A stretch of DNA of 64,000 nt from Diplonema japonicum (GCA_964019335.1 OZ025665.1:620001-684000), one strand, 5' to 3'. Shown: positions 24,701 to 31,159, counted from the stretch's first letter. A program made the numbers and translations. Notes: generated from the sequence alone by a model not told the origin.

Positions 24701-25211
24701 TGGTGAACGTGTCAGTCCCTGTAGGGACAGTGTAGGTCCCAGTGTAGGTTGCGGAGAGCGTTCTGGTGGGAACAGTGATGGAGAAGCTAACGGTGTCGGT
24801 GGGCATGGTGATGGTCCCGACTGTGTAGGTGCCAGTGAGCGAGAAGCTATCTGAAATAGACACCGATGCAGTGGGCAGCGACACAGTAGTGGATGCAGTG
24901 ATGGTCGGTAAGCTGAAGGTTGCAGACACTGTATCCGAGAATGTCAGCGACACTGATTCTGAAGAACTCAAAGACACAGTCGCTGTCGCCGTGCCCATCG
25001 TGATGCTCACCGTCTCTGTGCTTGTCACTGTGCTGCTCTCCGTCGCAGTAGGCACTGTCACTGTTGTCGTCACCGTTTCTGTGAATGTCCCTGACTCACT
25101 CACGCTCTCTGTGCTACTTTCTGTGCTCGTTGGTAGTGTTACCGTCACCGTCTTAGTGACCCCGCCCACACCCACAGCACCTAGCATGACGAGGATTAAG
25201 ACAGCCTTCAT
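12747..25211 (-). CDS. Giant (~4150 aa) cell-surface protein: signal peptide, Thr/Ser-rich region, repeated Cys-containing beta modules, C-terminal hydrophobic (GPI-type or TM) tail
   Basis: Uninterrupted 12.4-kb ORF; ATG 25211 MKAVLILVMLGAVGVGG; ~240 aa T/S-rich; ends LAVRCLLVVLATVLCYFW*. Confidence 0.85.
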   Translation of the reverse strand: MKAVLILVMLGAVGVGGVTKTVTVTLPTSTESSTESVSESGTFTETVTTTVTVPTATESSTVTSTETVSITMGTATATVSLSSSESVSLTFSDTVSATFSLPTITASTTVSLPTASVSISDSFSLTGTYTVGTITMPTDTVSFSITVPTRTLSATYTGTYTVPTGTDTFTISLSLPTASLTASPTFSLSHSASFPTLSASFTITVTRSHSITINTGTATVSRTDTYSESLTLPTVTQSATGSWVRMNNFTASFSTNSYYEGQEVRMKVSSTLHGDTQQVLATFNTSRIGSLAIKMFEVNWKLDKPWDCANYVGSVTPLSEMDQFGLRLYDSRVYTNEAYFTFSAPFAEIQFLFCLRYMDEGFGYSNPGEWVLLAFGGYFVNSHPSGKWWHQALQSYAFFQPPSVATSGGYLPLKFVSVESWSFTVPSSLCASAGATDCATGDVMKLVPKGTLCSGLDRQQVGYEFPGSHLVSSDGSWTTAGLSRYYEGTGIGGLGRFGLGAESPFTGSWSSQTMSADSDGLKRAYAYVKLPDPGEYDVCLSTQESRSTIVARATLDTSPVWRKIFPCTNATTACDGKSGDSSLVVLNETMTWVMYDLTPETWGVIHFKGEWLKRFPTTNTHNLNPAGDAFRLSTARYLGEIMVDSGCFGTLDNTSPYVDGSTHLTGDPTDPDDYMRLVGNATFSSLYIPSDGIFQICYRKNGDVGLWRVLSFDAANPVHPYYGGLNYTEQNLVPGRYFALKEPTPFVVWWEGQNETRAEVECVINVAPIAGKLGADVSLRVVDYESPCDGQYMQEELMSRNSTESTRGKAASDGLGLVFTLAMPRGEVLKKPARICFRQGLANWVSPPHADELSNKRSSAMAEPLTLLPKPLITVSNIEDREGMDAVFVFTDPKGDLSTLDEAWLMPSYVPLRLGEKVLVIGPPTVPQSFAYLGEFGLIWDFQASNVRMSFGIDGFYNAWFPITSLQQEPNSCMSDLPPTATDNHLQPYCRNPGYGIVNTSGAFTYPCNQHKMTADEEARYLEVTPDVLDDITPYDAHGVKLFGTVGLFKIPAQGLSVYSICYKMFHSGWLRIMRDASGFSPGQGWQPQGLQVTIEPGPEASLIGSSHQVFTVVSGTFQEVLGKMVRRVPEAANDNCMNPPAGTATNSTASATRMTIPGVLNMLVPQNSGDYWLCLRFVTSYYMDVSWMTVGVYTVTSNGISWLAEDPLTNMGSITIRLTRTDGGVLNTSPGMDKAMLISEYATCQAPDTGPTPIGRLVTNLGPGDGPNSIASFTIDIPAAPGDAPQTYHVCVFSYFKSLDKWVWVEAVPSLGAPFRTSPSHVSHFDLHPSLSPFYNMGLNSYMLGVAGASTALQTQPSQPGFSVVFSSPNVAGVTFKLVRVTVPDLRVPLNSSGNGWLWGAVASTIEAVCKAPAARLTTPTNTSCTTCVRGYLQGSFRYVMEMTLPSPGGYYLCVKIRNGPWLKVPSREGGAEIRTVPSYLEYTQDSTVNLTVYDLRVSWVGKETLQGWCGPGCGDMVKLLQENEVCHPPVQDTAGWFAMDSYAGDMIAASVSGEEKYFKFPPAGSTSSIFKVCVYKAAQAMKGPYITKKGVAYTAWNKGPTAYGGGSFFWMEAGEINNLLLTSTTHDLSGPVHMAPGELIHVQVAAAVDTRAVVARGLVTLALCADETCAADLNQRPFSLVSISTCTGDTATRYGWEPWGRRQLFSPYGTIQHHISVESLCPSIGCIIRFFSTMNTIRVASQTLKLLNTPLYPDSISVDDVKVPSCTAVEKGCNVSVTCIHNTHCTSIVTARKNGPRLFAALGYISFSYEPLSGQITQLGLANPAKLSWDRYGRSFLSLVPVLSDATVRASVVLKAELESGASTVFSINIIRKMPEVVLTHLVVPIDIEGDFRGKGSPPAPTWEPATSSSNAYAEPSSLLEAADGSYLQVGVPYRIDYQVKDASGGVLEDTEGLNVKVGVSSKGATYATNMNGSEVGWESPEVGTGGLWRVSFVIAGGVGCSRLNDNRPITTEPKGKGCDVQLFVRDVLGHVRVATIRTPVRVPASTLRIVMPSEDIFTKTLSAAPMTSTYMRTGLPVVVIPGSVLDNVFINDEFHYGDIFALIDGADGVRSSDGIEIVGGTTRHTLATITRTINDTVHGVWGAEWSLRVTRPCSQCSFTFHSDYGASPSGVFGRITVTFMDGTVGVGCDVSLQSIDWKDDTLKSDAFQVSVWPKSASGQNTVWPEWWVLVDLVDGVSNPSYRLEVVGSPSMVTASTQMQSTADGSTAVFNLIATGQNPPKILTTIDVTFRVLAFAQDSTSIVYTCATPLGLNPVIITNVSSLTVASVTGGTALCPCTASSCNCQEWLVQTTANRLEFEVLFWNTTSSVVVRDYRHYNISVRVNGNLPQYVCEGVTDTGLCTTSTGYVLKPMYEDKHGTDDSGVKKNYTYGSYGPVKFTRYINASHTARDGRGIIFLDVTDPRPVRDASIEICAVSSGTAEEVVSPGCVTVRLWVRHPTPQYQVGIYSVAATMATGLTESNVVLNPGGLVAHYSCGREVSIVVVWGVVYFTLGDTHYLEYDTDASMTLYHNGGQTTLVDATANEAMKTITKSNTLVSEFGIRFTFSILNEVDYASFSLEGTVNGAALLPATTGREYSTRYPSLEYVGLRVSDVITDFSECPMTVGMNTNSNGYLTISPDAGRGVYYSQALQNIPFPIQIYIEPANGGRAWAYTRSIVLVSVIQPTHGCGTGGVFSLQVPKGTIDSLSSFKPVSSAVLEGGVASVWGVFSEPCQACVLKFQLCAPGAVNEGTCLPEAALPNGPSPADRTFVTKPFTVEVGSASSVVVSEQLLPSGSIIQVGDPFTVRVKTVVQMNSWAFPVSANYKAYIVNKWAGMTEFVSSKAKYGNGAFLSMLKGTSGSCSIHPTEFDHASKFGVALEVGKETGFMFVRPCDGCEVWVHSVMNGATQMFPLRDQAGAVLRYRVTTCGVKWLLAGVPLPSVTKRRPFSLTAWRVDMNHQSAWDEEGNVWAEVSIPEVEGGNGGGGVWTLMSPISNGSALADNGVAMVKLQASRSCYECLVKFATYTHKVAILSLPTQLVALPHTPLQQDCCNDTSTFTFTVYAADDTGDRSFSLGGPTPLSWHPNPPVIQNVSLSLNKPPSTTVITWRSDIPKEDPVIHVEGTCFVNGIPHGALCGEGTPPGVVRVTVSGMVMSSYELQFTLSDGTVLPTKQWGKGGLPPVISRVIEATDMEVQDSEPYNIFPEIPISVPVYAIGEVVDALGGLTTHRAGYGTANLNITFDCSTCKGCVVDDQVVQFTGSLAVFNVLVNGLRERTGTCTALLQHDNFTPRTLVFHVFLSERHTWVFSTSPTLLITGSPSTLRKTAVSRLHRFAQVILRAYTQQYDESNIGGLVTWPSLGLEDAGFASIPQDCWTPHNNHLNQYGTVIVMNGSFAQLPCEIVGLQRFGLPVIPSSTLLPGSLKVTGTEPVSLKVLPQSLDPNSPPVNYTGLEASTSVATAVVGRVVGVQVAMLTAEGSVAYGDFQTVVKLQAVRLGVFVKEFVTVARGTGVVYFKPKQSTDSVPWEVTVSVEGGMAVRLPPLHVVPGIANVRVQYRMVPFLGVEEFPWRDVTPSTHWATGLWMQFKIQVTDDSPERAIVSYNGEVSFDPYEISCMETDKDHRWLATSCMPPLQGNQTWRGHDTMPCSNNTIPQCKTTHWFSCSEEPKVGDEVEVVYGSKVVRMLLQATNATHSTVYNGVLTWVTAKLGVQRVGCLSQIPQNRTTMIQNGVGITRTTVYMGARLGFVKARLVTEEFQHDFGLIMQEAHHLQLEEAAIEATVLSNTALDLLISIRDSDNMALQGDDFSTVTVSGECLEGFVQFRVGKLGGVSGSQVNTPDGWNTSTAVQGFSRFTKIAFYGSCSKAVLSFKCEILGVPRTLFLKTTVFQVMENIPNVAPGLGMRDNITTPTQPSIVLDMGYLEAFGFDETEKTKMEMVLLDSLKGYAKYPSDLKDVVLVYLCSKPISKLAEGLTETDRQTPSICRDLTVRDASVLSVEDCQASGCSTVVEFSVIVPSPTDTFLSNDIFSACRAAISDPASPLRRAYSLNPDTAFISSFAPVLTQQPTPAPSEYFTPIFPPGSYLSPISMGSVCEPQGLAVRCLLVVLATVLCYFW

Positions 25212-25244
25212 TGTTACATTTTTTTTTAAAGTGCACAGATCTAC

Positions 25245-25282
25245 CTGGAAGGTTGTTGAAGGGGGAAAAAGAAGAAAAGAAG
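25245..25282 (-). promoter_or_regulatory. Putative trans-splice acceptor (pyrimidine tract + AG at 25246-25245) for the giant surface protein gene
   Basis: Sense-strand T/C-rich tract, then caacaaccttccAG, 33 nt upstream of ATG. Confidence 0.45.
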
Positions 25283-25305
25283 AACGGCAACGATACTGTA
25301 ACTTT

Positions 25306-26724
25306 CTATTCAAATTGGGTCTTTCGTTCCCAGACGTCCCCGTTGTCCCACACAATCTGCGAGGAGGACGTCTTCACAAGCTTCACCCCGAGCAGGGTTA
25401 CCCTCCCGTCGGTTTTCGTTAGTGAATAGGCTTCCTTGTAATTAAGGTAGCGCACACGTGTGGTGTCGAGGAAGACTAAGTCGCCGCTGGGGATGGTGTA
25501 GGTACCGGCGAGCTTCTTGAGCTCCGGGTAGGGGTTGGGGGGGGTAATAGGGGTGCAGCAGTGCACGGGGAACCACCCCGTGGGTTCGTATTTCCCACCG
25601 ACTTCTTGTTTTCGCCCGTAGAGCCAGAGCTTGCGGAAGCGCGACACAACAAGAACGTCCCCAGGAACTATCGACAGCCGCGGCTCGTCAGGCGCCGGAC
25701 ACGACCAGACCGCACGCCACCCAAGGAACCAGCATTGTGGGGCGCAGCATAGACACCAGGAATACCAGTTTCCATTGAACTTCTTGTCAGCTTTGTACTG
25801 TTTCGTAACTTGTGTTTTCTCCGCCTTCTGCGACAACTGTTCCATCGGAAGGTCAAATTGCGTAGCAACCGGCGTGTCCAGCTCCCAATAGACAGTATAA
25901 GGAAGCACCACAGGGAGGAGCTTCAAGTACCCACCGAAAACAATGTCAAAATTCTTCCTGAAACCCAAATCATACGGGAAGTGAAAAGGGTAAGGATCGG
26001 CATGGGTACGCCCTCGTCGAGACTCTGCCTTGTCTATGATGTACTCCTCTATTTGAGTGGTGTTTGAACGTATGGTGTCGCACTGCTGTTTGAGCAGCAT
26101 GCCGACGGCAGCTACAAGCGCGAGGGACATGGCGAAGCACCAGCACCCGATAATGGTGTGGTAGATACCGTGGGAGAGCTTTGCACTGAGGATCCGTGTC
26201 ACGAAAGGGAACAATAAGTACGCGGTGTGGCTGCAACCTATCGGGACGTAGAACACAAAGAGGGTGAAGGCTCGATGATTCGTCGCATGCACGCAATTGT
26301 TTATCCAAGGGCAGTGGTGGTCCATCTTGCTGACGCAAACCCCGCATTGTGTGCAGTGATGCGCTCTCGGGGGTTTGTAACTATCGCACAACCTGCAATG
26401 CTGCAGCACGTCAGATGGTTCGACGACCGCATTCTTCTCGTTGAACATCTTCCTAAGTTCCTCACCTCCATGTTTGTACAACTCTTCCTTAGACGGGTTA
26501 AAGGTGTGTCGCCTCGGGACGGTGTACACAGCCACCAGGTAGCTCCATAGCAGCATCACAAGCTCTATGCAAAGCACCACCTTCACACCCCAACCACACT
26601 CCCCAAACAGCTCCAGCACAAAGACATAATACACCACCGCGCTGAAGATTCCGAACACCAAACAGAAGGTTGTCAACACACCCCAATGCAACAATCGCCG
26701 AATAGCCCACAGAACCTTGTTCAT
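25306..26724 (-). CDS. DHHC palmitoyltransferase with C-terminal SH3-like domain (ZDHHC6-like architecture)
   Basis: CRLCDSYKPPRAHHCTQCGVCVSKMDHHCPWINNCV; 4 TM; TTQIE, PYDLG; SH3-like LSIVPGDVLVV...WLYG...GWFP. Confidence 0.93.
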   Translation of the reverse strand: MNKVLWAIRRLLHWGVLTTFCLVFGIFSAVVYYVFVLELFGECGWGVKVVLCIELVMLLWSYLVAVYTVPRRHTFNPSKEELYKHGGEELRKMFNEKNAVVEPSDVLQHCRLCDSYKPPRAHHCTQCGVCVSKMDHHCPWINNCVHATNHRAFTLFVFYVPIGCSHTAYLLFPFVTRILSAKLSHGIYHTIIGCWCFAMSLALVAAVGMLLKQQCDTIRSNTTQIEEYIIDKAESRRGRTHADPYPFHFPYDLGFRKNFDIVFGGYLKLLPVVLPYTVYWELDTPVATQFDLPMEQLSQKAEKTQVTKQYKADKKFNGNWYSWCLCCAPQCWFLGWRAVWSCPAPDEPRLSIVPGDVLVVSRFRKLWLYGRKQEVGGKYEPTGWFPVHCCTPITPPNPYPELKKLAGTYTIPSGDLVFLDTTRVRYLNYKEAYSLTKTDGRVTLLGVKLVKTSSSQIVWDNGDVWERKTQFE

Positions 26725-26837
26725 CTCCTTTCTTTTCTTCTTTCTTTTTCTTCCCTCGTCTTTTCCTCCCCCTCTTCTTTTGTTCGTTGGTGTTTTTGGG
26801 AGGAGGGAAAAAAGAAGAAAATAAAAAAAAAATAAAC

Positions 26838-26873
<36 letters not shown>

Positions 26874-26900
26874 CCTTTCCGGAAGGATCGGAAATTCATA

Positions 26901-28010
26901 TTATTTAATATAAAAGTTCCACATTAATTGGATAAATTCGGTTATGTCTAAGAGGCCGTCGTCGCTCTTATCGACCTTAGCAAAATACTCTTCCACATCA
27001 ACACAAAGAGCTGACTTGCTGATGCCTTTCTTGAGCTCAGCGACGGTGAGCCTCCCATCGCCTGAGGTGTCGTAAGTGGTGAAGATGTCCTTTATTTCAT
27101 TAAGCTGCTCAACAGAGAGCTCCGGAGGAGGGATGTAGTCGGGGTACACAAATTCAGAGTAGCAATCGATGAAATACAAAATATCATCTTCTGAGGAGCC
27201 GGGGAATGCAGAGACGAGGTATTCCAAAAGGGTGATCTCGCCATCCTTGTTGGTGTCAATCCGTCGGAATATAGACTCGTTGGCTGTCAGCCCCGCACCA
27301 ATACCTTTCTCTTTGCCTGCGACTTGCTGGCAGAGCTCTGCCAGAGAGACAACACCCGAGCGGTCTTTGTCAATCGAGTCGAACAAGGCTTTGGTTTCAA
27401 ATAGAGCTTTTCTATCAATCCGGGATCTCGACTCCATAAGCTTTTTATTGTGATCTCCTGTCTTCTTTCGGTTGTCTTGCAGGTGCTTGTCGATGGTGGT
27501 TTGTATTTGTTTCGAAACTGATGTTTTGTTCAGAGACAGGTGCATGAAGTTTTGGTTCGATTTTACCATCTTCAGGCATGCTGTGCCGACTTCGAGAGAC
27601 AGGTTCTTGTTGGAAGACAGGTCTAGAGAGACCACTCGCGAGCTCTCCTCTCGTAGCAGTTTTATCAGCTGTAGCACACTTGCGTTTCGCAGCCCGTTGT
27701 CAGAGAGGCGGAGCTTACCCAGTCCCTTGTTGCATTTTATTATGGGGAGCAGTGTCAGCAGGCCCTTGTCACCTATGTAGTTGCACCCTATGTTCAGGTC
27801 TCTCACCGACATTTGCCCGGGGGTCTTGGGGAGCTGGTCGAGGATCGTGGTGTTTGGCTTCACGCCTATCTTTTCACACTCCATTTCGTAGATTTGGCTG
27901 CATGAAAAACAACTGGTTCCAGTGTGCGCCGTGAGCTCTAACCCTTTGTACTTCCCGAAGGTCTTGTTTTCCAGAATTTTCCCCGCTGGGGGTGTATCGG
28001 GCGCTTGCAT
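26901..28010 (-). CDS. Leucine-rich repeat (RNI-like) + four EF-hand protein
   Basis: ATG 28010 (MQAPDTPP); LNIGCNYIGDKG, LRLSDNGL, LDLSSN; EF loops DKDRSGVVSLAE, DTNKDGEITLLE, DTSGDGRLTVAE, DKSDDGLLDITE. Confidence 0.88.
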   Translation of the reverse strand: MQAPDTPPAGKILENKTFGKYKGLELTAHTGTSCFSCSQIYEMECEKIGVKPNTTILDQLPKTPGQMSVRDLNIGCNYIGDKGLLTLLPIIKCNKGLGKLRLSDNGLRNASVLQLIKLLREESSRVVSLDLSSNKNLSLEVGTACLKMVKSNQNFMHLSLNKTSVSKQIQTTIDKHLQDNRKKTGDHNKKLMESRSRIDRKALFETKALFDSIDKDRSGVVSLAELCQQVAGKEKGIGAGLTANESIFRRIDTNKDGEITLLEYLVSAFPGSSEDDILYFIDCYSEFVYPDYIPPPELSVEQLNEIKDIFTTYDTSGDGRLTVAELKKGISKSALCVDVEEYFAKVDKSDDGLLDITEFIQLMWNFYIK

Positions 28011-28067
28011 TTTCCCCCTCTTTTTTTTTCCCTCTTCTCTTTCTTCTCTCAAGGGGGGGGGGGGGGG

Positions 28068-28511
28068 GGGGGGGTCATAAGGGGGTCGTTATTTGCCCTT
28101 TTTCAGGCTCTTCGCCAAGGGCATTTTGGGCCCTTAAAAAAACTGTAACCACCCCAAAAGTGCCCACAAATCACCCAAACCCCCGTTTCCCGATGGTTTC
28201 CGGCCCCAAAAGTGCCCAGAATCATGTTCTAATTTTGGGGCCCCCCGTTTGGTACTTTCCCTATGTAATCCTAGGGAACATAAAATAGGGGCCCCTAGGA
28301 TTACATAGGGAAAGTACCAAACGGGGGGCCCCAAAATTAGAACATGATTCTGGGCACTTTTGGGGCCGGAAACCATCGGGAAACGGGGGTTTGGGTGATT
28401 TGTGGGCACTTTTGGGGTGGTTACAGTTTTTTTAAGGGCCCAAAATGCCCTTGGCGAAGAGGCTGAAAAAGGGCAAAAAGTGGCCCTTTTTAAGGACCAT
28501 ATGACCCCCCC
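28068..28511. mobile_element. Foldback/long inverted repeat: 185-bp arms (28092-28276, 28293-28477), 16-nt loop, outer GGGGGGGTCATA/TATGACCCCCCC termini
   Basis: Arms are reverse complements with one mismatch seen; CCCCAAAAGTGCCCA twice per arm. The repeat is certain; the transposon call is inference. Confidence 0.65.
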
Positions 28512-28696
28512 TAGGGCTATGCTGGCAGGAAACGTGGAAACGTTTCCGTTTCCGTTCCCGTTTCCATACTTTTCAAAATTCTTATGGAAACGGCTTCCTT
28601 CTTAAGGAAACATAAGGAAACGTTTCCGTTTCCGTTTCCGTTTCCCTTTTTTTCAAAAAATGCATGGAAACGCGTTTCCATGCCAGCATAGCCCTG
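28512..28696. mobile_element. 185-bp non-autonomous hAT-like (Ac/Ds-type) MITE
   Basis: TIRs TAGGGCTATGCTGGCA / (rc) CAGGGCTATGCTGGCA; interior tandem (CCGTTT)n and GGAAACG repeats; no TSD visible. Confidence 0.65.
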
Positions 28697-28849
28697 GGGG
28701 GGGGGGGGGGGGGGGAGGGTACACTGAATCTCAAACAAAAACAAAAAAAAAAAACAAAAAAGAATCTCAAATGTCAAGGAAAAACACTCCCTTTCCCGCT
28801 TCCCCAGGTACTCTAATAAGGTATTTAAGTGTGCCAATCCCCCGATCCT

Positions 28850-29674
28850 CTAAAACACAAAATCCTCCAGCGGTTGTCCTGTTTCATCAGTTGCACGGAG
28901 CACCACGGTGCCCACTTCTTTCGGGACAAGAACGGAGTTCCCATGCACCCGGTTAAGCCATTTCTCGGTGTTGTCTTTCAAACTATAGACGTCCGTGTGC
29001 TGCACGGGGCCCGAGGCGGTGAACTCGATCAGGTTCTTACCATTATCGAGAATGGTCATTTTCGGGTTAGAAAGCTTGAGAGCAGATGGGCGGAGTGCCC
29101 CTGCCACCATGGTGAATGAACCGACAAGCCCTACATGAGGGACCCCGTCCTTCTTGACGCAAATCAAAGAAACTGAGGCAAGAGCTTTAACGTCTTTTGT
29201 GGGGACTGTCCACGTTGCCAGTACCCAGCCCGCGCTCTTCTCCTCACGCGTGCAGTAAACATTGCACATGGGAAGGCCACCAGGGGGCCCCGACTCACTT
29301 GGGTGCAATACGAAGTTCGCAGCTTCATTCTGAATAGTCGTGAAAGCGACCAGCAGCCCTATGTCCGCAGACTTGGTGGCTATCTGTAACGTGAAGCCCT
29401 GCGGTGTCGGTTTCACCTGCTCACCAAGGTCAAAGAGCCTCCCCATCACATAAGCTCCACCCTGCGAGAAGTCAACTTTCAAGCACGAGCACCCATCGTA
29501 CCCGCCGCTGTTCTGCATCTCTGACCTGAGCCCTGTTTCTGTAGCAAGGGGCAACGGCGGAACAGGGCTTGTCTGCGACAGGTCGTACCAAGGCTCTGTG
29601 GTGAGGGAACGGCCTTTGCTATGGAACCTGTCCCCGCAGCCGGTGTTGAAGGTGGTGGTGAACGGAAGGGATAG
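28850..29674 (-). CDS. Endo-beta-N-acetylglucosaminidase (GH85, ENGase)-like, C-terminal part only; 5' part lost in gap
   Basis: Frame open from gap: LSLPFTTTFNTGCGDRFHSKGRSLTTEPWYDLSQTSPVP...GYDGCSCL resembles the post-catalytic ENGase region (LPF.T.F..G.G...PWY.LS). Confidence 0.7.
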   Translation of the reverse strand, partial: LSLPFTTTFNTGCGDRFHSKGRSLTTEPWYDLSQTSPVPPLPLATETGLRSEMQNSGGYDGCSCLKVDFSQGGAYVMGRLFDLGEQVKPTPQGFTLQIATKSADIGLLVAFTTIQNEAANFVLHPSESGPPGGLPMCNVYCTREEKSAGWVLATWTVPTKDVKALASVSLICVKKDGVPHVGLVGSFTMVAGALRPSALKLSNPKMTILDNGKNLIEFTASGPVQHTDVYSLKDNTEKWLNRVHGNSVLVPKEVGTVVLRATDETGQPLEDFVF

Positions 29675-29874
29675 NNNNNNNNNNNNNNNNNNNNNNNNNN
29701 NNNNNNNNNNNNNNNNNNNNNNNNNNNNNNNNNNNNNNNNNNNNNNNNNNNNNNNNNNNNNNNNNNNNNNNNNNNNNNNNNNNNNNNNNNNNNNNNNNNN
29801 NNNNNNNNNNNNNNNNNNNNNNNNNNNNNNNNNNNNNNNNNNNNNNNNNNNNNNNNNNNNNNNNNNNNNNNNNN
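29675..29874. other. Assembly gap (200 N); probably a placeholder size
   Basis: Run of N; the missing GH85 catalytic domain cannot fit in 200 bp. Confidence 0.95.
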
Positions 29875-30551
29875 ATCAACTCATCTAGTGTTTGATCCCT
29901 TCTGTCGTGGTAGTGCCTTAGGCCCGTCGTAGTATCTCATCAGCAGCTTGGGCGTGAAACCGACTAGCGAGTTGTTGAGGATGCAATGCGTTCGCAGTTG
30001 CTCCTCTAGGATCGAGTGGGTGACCTTCGGGGACGCGAAGATCGGACGAGTGGAGTAACCAGTGACGGCACGTAGTGAGTGTACTGACTTCATAGTTTCT
30101 GCCGGAATCAGATGATTCCCCGTCCCTTTTAGATGGATCCTTTCTAAGACGCTGAGAATCCTGCCAGCACGCTATGTCTTCCCCTTTCCGTTGCAATGAG
30201 GTCGACTGCTAGTTCCGCCTTAGAAACTTGCCCGCCTTCCTCGCCCCATTTTAGGGCATTCAGCCAGTTGAGGACAAATGGGATTAGGCCTGGGAAGTAT
30301 TTCTTCTGCAGCCCATGTTCTGTGGTACCAGGGGAGAGGCTTCGGGGTTAAGAGGTTCCCCGGTCGGAATGGTCTATTCCAGAAATGCTGTTTCGTATAC
30401 CTGACCTGCTTGTCGGCCGGCTTTTCACTGATATACTGATACTTAACTATCACCTCGCTGTGCTCCGTAATACTTGCTGCTGATCTTTGATCTATTTTTT
30501 TTTTTCTTTTCAAACCGCTCTACCTGGTTCCTTTATTGGCACGGTCGATAC

Positions 30552-30590
30552 CAATAAAGTACAGAAACTGTAGCTTTAGAATCGTTGGTA
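30552..30590 (-). ncRNA. Spliced-leader (SL, mini-exon) sequence, diplonemid type, followed by GTAT; SL RNA gene variant, pseudogene or retroposed SL relic
   Basis: Minus strand (T)ACCAACGATTCTAAAGCTACAGTTTCTGTACTTTATTG|GTATCG; conserved kinetoplastid/diplonemid 3' half CAGTTTCTGTACTTTATTG and diplonemid-like 5' half ACCAACGATT. Confidence 0.9.
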
Positions 30591-30599
30591 AAAAAAAGT

Positions 30600-31159
30600 C
30601 CAGCTGCAAAAAGAGAAAATCAGATTGGTTGGTACTACAGTAATTAAGGGGTTTTTTTTTTTTTTAAATACTGTAACTCGTTTTTTTTTTTTTTTTTTTC
30701 CTTTTTTTTTCTTCCTTCCCCCCTCCTTCTTCTTGCCAAAAAAAGAAAGGTTAATGCTAAACCGAATCCCCCCCCCCCCCACCCCCTCTTCGCATTTTTT
30801 TAAAATAGAAATTGGAGCGCGGGAGGAGGGGGGGAGAAAGAAAAAAAAAAAAAAAGAGAAATATGGGAATCGTGATGTTGTTTAATATAAGGCGTGATTT
30901 GAATATTTTTTTTTTCTTCTTTCATATGGTTTCCGCCCTCCTTTAGGAGGAAAGTAGTGGACAACTGCACATTCACACACAAGGAATAGTATAATATTTT
31001 TTTTTTTTTTTTTTTTTTTTGCTTGCTGTGTGTTTGGCGGGGTCCTCAGTCTGGCACCGGTTCTTCGGTTCCATTTTCCTCTCGTTTTGGTGTTTTCTTT
31101 CAATTTTTTAACGTGATTTTTCTTTTCATTTTTCTTTGGGGGGTCCAGCAGGAAATAAA

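Noticed and set aside
28540-28645. Tandem CCGTTT hexamers as telomeric or CRISPR-like repeats
   Set aside because: Not TTAGGG and no spacers; better explained as transposon internal repeats
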